The translations under genes and the position numbers were made by a program. Of a stretch of 64,000 bases of DNA, positions 57,502 through 64,000 are shown in pieces. Numbering within the stretch: position 1 is the first letter of the stretch; each line of letters starts with the position of its first letter. The stretch spans positions 1 to 64,000 of the forward strand of contig MEDY01000100.1 in the NCBI GenBank assembly GCA_001724265.1. Reading direction: 5' to 3'. This DNA comes from Rhizaria sp. SCN 62-66 (Eukaryota). The notes below the pieces were generated by a model that ran no database searches, was not told the origin of the DNA, and saw only the letters and a program-made list of their open reading frames with translations.

Positions 57502-60500
57502 TCACATAGGCTGCAACGCCGAGTCGGGCCTGACCGCGATCCGCGCCCTGCGCTCCTCGATGAGTGCGCGCAGCTGCCGGATCTGCCCGCGCTGCGCCTC
57601 GAGCACCTGCATCGTCTCGGCGTCGGCCGCACCCGCGCCGCCCGCGCCCGGCTGCGCGCCGTCGCCGCCGTCGCCCCACTGCCCGCCCGCGCCGGGACCC
57701 GTGGCGCCCATGGCGGCAGCAGCGGGCGCGGTAATCATGTCGCGCTGGCGTTGAACCTGGTGGATCATCTTGAGCTCGCGGCGCATCTGGTTGATCTCCT
57801 TGATCAGCGCCACGTTCTCCTGCATCACGCGCACGTTGTCGTTCTTGCCCAGCTCGGCGTCGTGCGCCAGCCGCTGCTTGACGGCCGCCACGGAGCGCTC
57901 CAGGTATTGGCGCTGGCGGCGGTACTCGAGCGAGACCTCTGCGTCGAGGCGCGCGCCGCGCACGCGGTCAGTGACGTACTTGCCGTGCAGCTGCTTGACG
58001 GCCGCACGCAGCAGCACCGGGTCCTGCAGGTACCCGATCGCCGTCGTCGTGTCGGCGCACATCTGCCGCGCCTCGCGCAGCGCGCGCCGGCACTGCGACT
58101 TGACGGCAAGCACCTCGACGTGCTTAGCCTGCAGGCGCTCGGCCATGGCGCGGACCTCTTCCTGCAGGATGCCGTTATGCGCGTGGAAGGCCTCGAGACG
58201 CGAGTCGAGCCGGTCGACTGTGTCGCGCAGGTCCGCAATCTCCGCCTCGCGCGGCTCGATGCGCCGCTTCAGTTCCTTGATCTGGAAGTCGAGCACAAAC
58301 TTGTACTTTTCCAGGCCCTGGTTCCCGCGCTTGACCTCGAAGATCTGCCGCTCTTTCTCCGAGATGACGGCGTCGCGCGCGCTGATGGCCTGCCGCTGCT
58401 CCTCCAGCTTGGCCTTGAGCGAGTACGTGTGCTCCAACAGCTCCTCCTCCTGCGTCTGCAGCGCGAGCTTCGCCTCGCCCAGGTCCTCCAGATCGCGCTG
58501 GAGCGCCTTGAACTTCTTCTGGATGATGCCGTTCTCGCCCTTAAGCCGCAGCGTGACGTCGCGCTCTTGCTCCAGTCGCCCGCGGTAGCGCTGCAGCAGC
58601 AACTCGATCTCCGTGTCCAGGTCTTCCTCGGTCTGCGTGCGGTCCTCGGCGAACTTGCGCGCGAGGTCCGACTGCGCCTCGCGCACGCGGCCACCCTCGC
58701 CGCGCTCGCTCTGCAGCTCCGCCTCGCGCCGCGCGCGCAGCGCAGCCATGTTGGCCGCGTGCTGCTCGTCGCGCTGCCGCGCCGCCAGCTCCCGCGCGGC
58801 GCGCGCGCGGTCGAGTCCCTCCTGGAGGCCCTGCAGGCGCGTGACCTGGCGCATGAAGGCCTTCTGGTACTGCACGGCCTGTGCGTGCAGCTCGGCATTG
58901 TGGCGCTGCTGCAGCGCGAAGACCTTCTCCTGCGCCTCGGTGTCGGCCTCCTGCTTCTCGTCGCGCCGCATCTGCACCTTGGCACGGTCGTGCTCGAGCC
59001 GCAGCACGTATTCGTGCGTCAGCCGCTTGAGCGCGTCCTGGTGTGCCACGTCCTTGGCGCGCAACGTGTACTCTTTGTTGTCACGCAGCTCCTCCAGCTT
59101 CGCCTCAAGCTCATGCGCGAGCGCGTTCTGGTCCTCGAGGTCCTGCAGGTGCACCAGGACTTCCTCCGAGTACTGGAGCGCGTCTGGGTCGTCGCGGCGC
59201 GCGAGACGGCCGCGCTCCTCCTCGATCGCCAGCACCGACACGCAGCCGTCGTCCGAGGCGGCGACGAGGTAGCAGTCGTCCGCCGTGATGCGCAGCCGCG
59301 AAACGGCGCGCGCGTGACACTGGTAGTCCTTGACGTCGCCGGTGAGCGGGAAGCGGAAGGCGCGGATGACGCCGTTGACGGTGCCCGCAAAGAGCATGCG
59401 TTCGGGCGCGTGGCCGACGACGAGCTGCGTAAGCACGACGCCCGCGTCTAGCGACTTGAGCACGCCGCGGCCCGCGATCTCCTTGAGGATGTGGTCGTCG
59501 CCGACGGCGAAGAGCTTGCCGTCCTGAGTCGCTACGGCCGCCGTGAAGCGGCAGCCCTTCTGGATGTACTCCTGCGCGCGCGCCGAGAGCTCGAGCCGGC
59601 GCTCAAAGACGGCGCCGTCCGCGCCCGCGGTGACGATGGCGGCGTCGTCGCGCGCCCAGAAGATGGAGCGCACGGCGCTGGTGTGGCCGCGAAACGAGTG
59701 CAGCGGCTCGCACGTGTAGGTCGCGAACACGTGCACAGAGCCACCCTGCGCCGCCGCGAACAGGTGCCCGCCGTTGCTGAACAGACACTCAGTGCAGTGC
59801 TTGATGGGGAGCTCTTTGAACGGAGAAATGGAGGAATAGAGCAGCGCGCAGAGCTTGAGCCGGTCCGCGAAGCCGATGAGGATGTAGTGGCCCGACGGGT
59901 GCAGCGCCACAGACAGCGGTGGCTCGGGGAACTTGACGCACAGATCGAGTTCGCGCGTGAGAAAGTTCCACACGCGCACGGTGTGGTCGGCTGAGCACGT
60001 CGCGATCAGCGGCTTGCGGGCGCACACGTCGAGCCCCGTGATGGGCGCAGAGTGGAACGACGACGACAGAGGCACCAGCTTTGCCACGGGCAGCGCCGCG
60101 TTGCCGGAGCCGGCGCCAGCGCCACTGCTGCTGCTGCTGCTGCTGCTGGCGACAGCTGTGGAGGCGGCGGAGTCGCTGGCCTCGGGATTATTGGAGTCCG
60201 AGGCGGCGGCGGCGGCGGGGTGGGAGGCTGAGTCCGTCGCGTTGCCGCTGCTGGCGCTGGAGCCGTCCTCGGGGTTACTGGCGGGCGCAGGGCCCGCGGC
60301 CACACCAACGCTTGCACCGGTGCCCCCGCTGACTGCGGGCGCGGCGACCGCGACGGACTCGGGCCCGAAGCGGCTGACCTTGTAGATCTGCGCGGCCGAG
60401 GTGGTCACGACCACGGTCTCGTCGGCCGCGTTGGCGGCGATGCAGCGGATGCGTTCAGCCGAGGTCGCGCTGTCGAGCGCGTCGAGCGCGGCCTCGTGCA

Positions 60501-61703
60501 CGCACGTGAGGCGCCCACTGCGGTTGCTGCCGTTGCTGGCCACGCCCGCGGCGGGAGCGAAGAGCGCCAGACGGCCCAGCGGCGACGCCGCAACGAAGCC
60601 CGTCGGGTAGGTGGCCAGCGCCGCGATGGGCTGGCCCGCCATCGCGGGCGGCATCGTCAGCACGGAGCGGAACACGCAGTCGTCGACCACGATCACCTGA
60701 ACACGAGTAAACCGATTAGAATTGAAGGGGGGCGTAAATGAGTATGTGCCATTACAAAATTGAAATTTCAAATATTAAATCTCGTTGTAAATTATTACTG
60801 ATTAAAGTTAACAATAAATGTTTCGATTTGGTGAAGCTATATAGCCGTACCTGTCCGCGGTTTGTGCCGACGAGCGTGCGCTTGCCGTCACCCCAGGCGT
60901 GGCACGTGTAGTCGTCCTGCGGCGCGCCGGCCAGGGACGCCAGCACAGGGCGCAGGTGCGTGGCGCCGGGGTCGGCCTCGTAGTAGAGCAGCGCGCGCGG
61001 GCCGGAGAGGCACAGCAGCGTGGGGTCCGCGGGGCAGAAGGAGCAGGCGGTGAGCGAGTCGCGCACGTCGACGCGCTCCAGGTGCACTGGCCGCGCCTTG
61101 TGCCAGAGCCAGTTGATCAGCGGCGTGTCGGGGCCAGAGCCCAGCGAGAGAAGGTACTTGGAGTCGGGCGAGAAGCACAGTGACACGTACTCGGTGCAGC
61201 GCAGCTCAGTCGTGACCAGGACCTTGCGTTTCTTAAGGGTCCGCAGGTCGTAGACGGAGATAGTCGCGAACTCGCGCGCACGCTCGGCGATTGCGCAAAA
61301 GCGGCGGTTCGGAGATACAGCGAGCGCGGTAATCTCGGCCTTCTCAAAGCGCGGGTCGTTGACGTCGGAGCCGAAGAGAAAGCGCTGCGTCTTGGTCTGC
61401 GGGTTGAAGAGTACGACTGTGTGGCCGGCGGGGTAGATGATGCTGTCATCCTCGCCGAAGTGGATGTTATTCTTCACGTCAGCCTTAAGCCCAAAGATAT
61501 GCCTACGCAACAGATTCAAGCAAGGTAGAACGGGCCGATATGGAGTGATTCAAAAAATAGTATTGGGTGAGAGAAGTGTGCGGGCAGGCACAGCGAAACG
61601 AGGATTGGGCCACAGCTTGAGCGCAGACCAGGACCTGAAGGAGTGTGTGAGGGCATAGCTGGATTATGGCGTACCTATGGGTTAGGACTGGTGTGGAGTC
61701 CAT
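57502..61703 (-). CDS. CFAP57: Cilia- and flagella-associated protein 57 (WDR65), about 1291 aa
   Basis: Exons 61703-61675, 61502-60851 and 60696-57502. N-terminal HIFGLKADVKNNIHF...IIYPAGH, FHSAPITGLDVCARKPLIATCSADHTVRVWN, SVALHPSG, and a coiled-coil tail with LKGENGIIQKKF, NQGLEKYKFVLDFQIKELKRRIEPRE, MQENVALIKEINQMRRE. Confidence 0.93.
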
Positions 61704-62586
61704 CGTAAGTGGACTGTCAAGGTGGTGAATGAAGGATTAAGTGGTGTGGAGCGGGGCAAAGATGAGGAAAGAGTGACAGAGTAAGGTGAGGCAAACGGAC
61801 GGGAAACAGACAGCTGTTTGACCGGAAGACGTGCGAATTGAGGGCCCTAAAAAGACGTATAAACAAATCACACAGCAAAGACATAAGAAATCATATCCAG
61901 TATTTAACTGCACGAGCACAACATCCCTAAGTTCGTATTTCTTTTCACCCCTGCAGTAACCGACTGCAGTCAACTTTTTCGCGAACTTGCTATAGTCGTT
62001 GGACTTCAACAGTCACAGCCGGCTGGTCGTTTTGTGACGGAGAGAGAATCGACCGGTGAGAGGGGGAGGCCGCCACGGCGTCCACTTACGCGAGTGGGGT
62101 GCTGTACGATAACTGCTCGCGGTTAATTCGAAATGTTGAATTAATCAAGTGGCACTTGACAATTTCTTGCGAATTCTTTTTTTAATTCTTGAAAAAAGGT
62201 ATCATCTAGGTCGTGACAAGTCATTCGCGTAGCAGACCCTTGATGTTTGCACCGCTCCGATCAGTACCTTGCCACCCTTTTGTCTGGCGTCAGCTTACGC
62301 CACAAGCTTTTTATATCTCCACTTTCTGTCGATTCCGTCTCTTCTTCAACTCATCCCCCCTGTGCGCACTTCTGTTCACCCTGCTTTTGACCTGTTTTGA
62401 ACAGACCTGCGTGGACCTCTCCGGCCCCCACCGACAGACCTCCCTCAGCCCCTCGCACCGCGTCGCTGCCGCCGTGCGCTACCATTGTATCAGCTCTTTG
62501 ACAAGACCTCTCGCAGTGTCTTGTCCCTAAATCCACCCCCGTTGAAGTTTGTTTCGCGGGCGGTCCCTTTTTGTCTACACATCAGC

Positions 62587-64000
62587 ATGCCACCTGCATC
62601 TGCTGCCCCTTCGTCGTCTTCCTCCTCCGGAGCCACCGTTGTTCCTGAGATGACTGCGACCGCTGCGCCGGTGCGCGCAAGCACGCGCTCATCCCCCGTA
62701 GCCGCGGCTGCAGCCGCCACCCTTGCTCCGGCTGCCGCCCTCGCGACGGCTGCCGGGGGGGCAGGCTCGACGAATGCGGCCGTGGCGGCCGCCAACGCGC
62801 GCCCGCGCCGCAAGCGCAACGCCCCCGGCTCCCCGCTCGCCTCCGCCTCTTCCGCGCCCGGTGCCAGCGCCCTCCCGGCCACCCCCGCTGCCGCCGCTGC
62901 TGCTGCTGCTGCTGGTGTCCCTAGCGCTACCGCTGCCAACGCCACTACTAGCGGGGGCTTCGTTGTCCCCTCAGCCGCGTTGGTGACCCCGGTGGCGAGC
63001 CGCCGTCGTCGCGCCACGGGCTCCGCCGTCGCCTCGGCCTCGGCCGCCGCGCCCGGCTCCGCCACGGTCGTCGGCGGGGCTGCTCCGTCAAGCGCCAACG
63101 CTGCTGGTGAGGCCGGGCTCGATACGACGCCGCCCGGCGCTGGCAGTGCCTCCGCGGCCGCTGCGCCCGGGGCCCCTGTCGCCCCCGTGGCCGGCGTCGT
63201 GGTGGTGGGCCCCGAGCTGCCCCCCACGCCCGTGAGTATTCTCGCGCAGTCGCGCTACGTCCCCGCCACATCGTCCTCGTCCTCCTCGTCCGTGCCGTCT
63301 CACAGTCACGGGCACGGCCACGGCCACGCTGCGTCGGGCCTCTCAGTCGTCGTCAACGGCGTCGGCGCCGCCCGCTCCGGCCCCAACGGCAACGGCTACA
63401 GCGTCTATGGCCACGGCCACGGTCACGCGCATGGCGGAAACAGCGCGGTGGCGTCCCCGGGCCACAGCCCGCTGTTGATGCCCGCGCCGCTGCCCGTCCG
63501 CGGCAACAGCCACGGTGGCCACGCCGCGGCCTCGGCTGCCGCGGCCGCCGGCGCCGCCCACGGTCACTCTGCCACGGGCGCTGGCCACGGCACCAACAGC
63601 CAGGGCGACACCCCGAGCCATCACCACGGCGGCGGCGGCGGCGGCAACGCGGGCATGCGTGTGTCGGGCCACACGCTGACCGTGAACGGGGCCGGCAGCG
63701 GCGCCACGGCGGGCTCGATGGGGCCGGCCACGACCTTCTTCGGCGCCTCGGCCGCGCCCGCGTACGGCATCGCCGCGCACCTGCAGCCCCTGCACAACAG
63801 CAACAACAGCAACCACGGCGGCACTCACGGTCCCAGCCATCAATACGGTCACGGTCACGGCCAGCAGCACGGCACTGGTGCGAACGCGGCGGCGCACGGC
63901 TACAGCGGTCACGGCAACAGTGGCTTCGCCAGCGCGAGTAGCGGCGGCGCGAGCGCGGTGGCGCTGCAGACGGTGCTGTCACACACGCAGTCCGGGCACG
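62587..64000 (+). CDS. 5' part of a low-complexity (Ala/Ser/Pro, then His/Gly-rich) protein running off the window
   Basis: ATG 62587 follows TTTTTGTCTACACATCAG. The frame MPPASAAPSSSSSSGATVVPE... shows no stop before the window end, has an NLS-like RPRRKR and HGHGHGH repeats. It is absent from the ORF track because it has no stop. Confidence 0.7.
   Translation, partial: MPPASAAPSSSSSSGATVVPEMTATAAPVRASTRSSPVAAAAAATLAPAAALATAAGGAGSTNAAVAAANARPRRKRNAPGSPLASASSAPGASALPATPAAAAAAAAAGVPSATAANATTSGGFVVPSAALVTPVASRRRRATGSAVASASAAAPGSATVVGGAAPSSANAAGEAGLDTTPPGAGSASAAAAPGAPVAPVAGVVVVGPELPPTPVSILAQSRYVPATSSSSSSSVPSHSHGHGHGHAASGLSVVVNGVGAARSGPNGNGYSVYGHGHGHAHGGNSAVASPGHSPLLMPAPLPVRGNSHGGHAAASAAAAAGAAHGHSATGAGHGTNSQGDTPSHHHGGGGGGNAGMRVSGHTLTVNGAGSGATAGSMGPATTFFGASAAPAYGIAAHLQPLHNSNNSNHGGTHGPSHQYGHGHGQQHGTGANAAAHGYSGHGNSGFASASSGGASAVALQTVLSHTQSGH

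Overview
Eukaryotic (protist-like, flagellated) nuclear DNA with very GC-rich exons, AT-rich intergenic DNA and short GT-AG introns, most with a GTACG donor. Ten complete genes can be modelled: a Cys-rich protein with a C-terminal NADAR-like domain, HEATR1/UTP10 (3998 aa, no coding introns), GRWD1/RRB1, DNA polymerase alpha subunit B (POLA2), an orphan, a giant four-domain Ca2+-type channel (EEEE filter, about 6850 aa), an orphan membrane protein, a six-LIM protein, a two-TM Cys-loop protein and CFAP57/WDR65. There is also a partial gene at the right edge and probable transposon relics at the left edge. The main signal is a probable non-standard genetic code. Two genes carry a single in-frame TAG (4454-4456, inside the NADAR-like domain; 30930-30932, in a Gln-rich linker between channel domains I and II), and the same frame continues into conserved sequence. 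All ten modelled genes end in TAA or TGA and none in TAG. This points to UAG being read as an amino acid (Gln fits the context best) while UAA and UGA remain stops. The evidence is only two codons, so base-call error, programmed readthrough and RNA editing are not excluded. All family assignments are by motif recognition; no searches were run.
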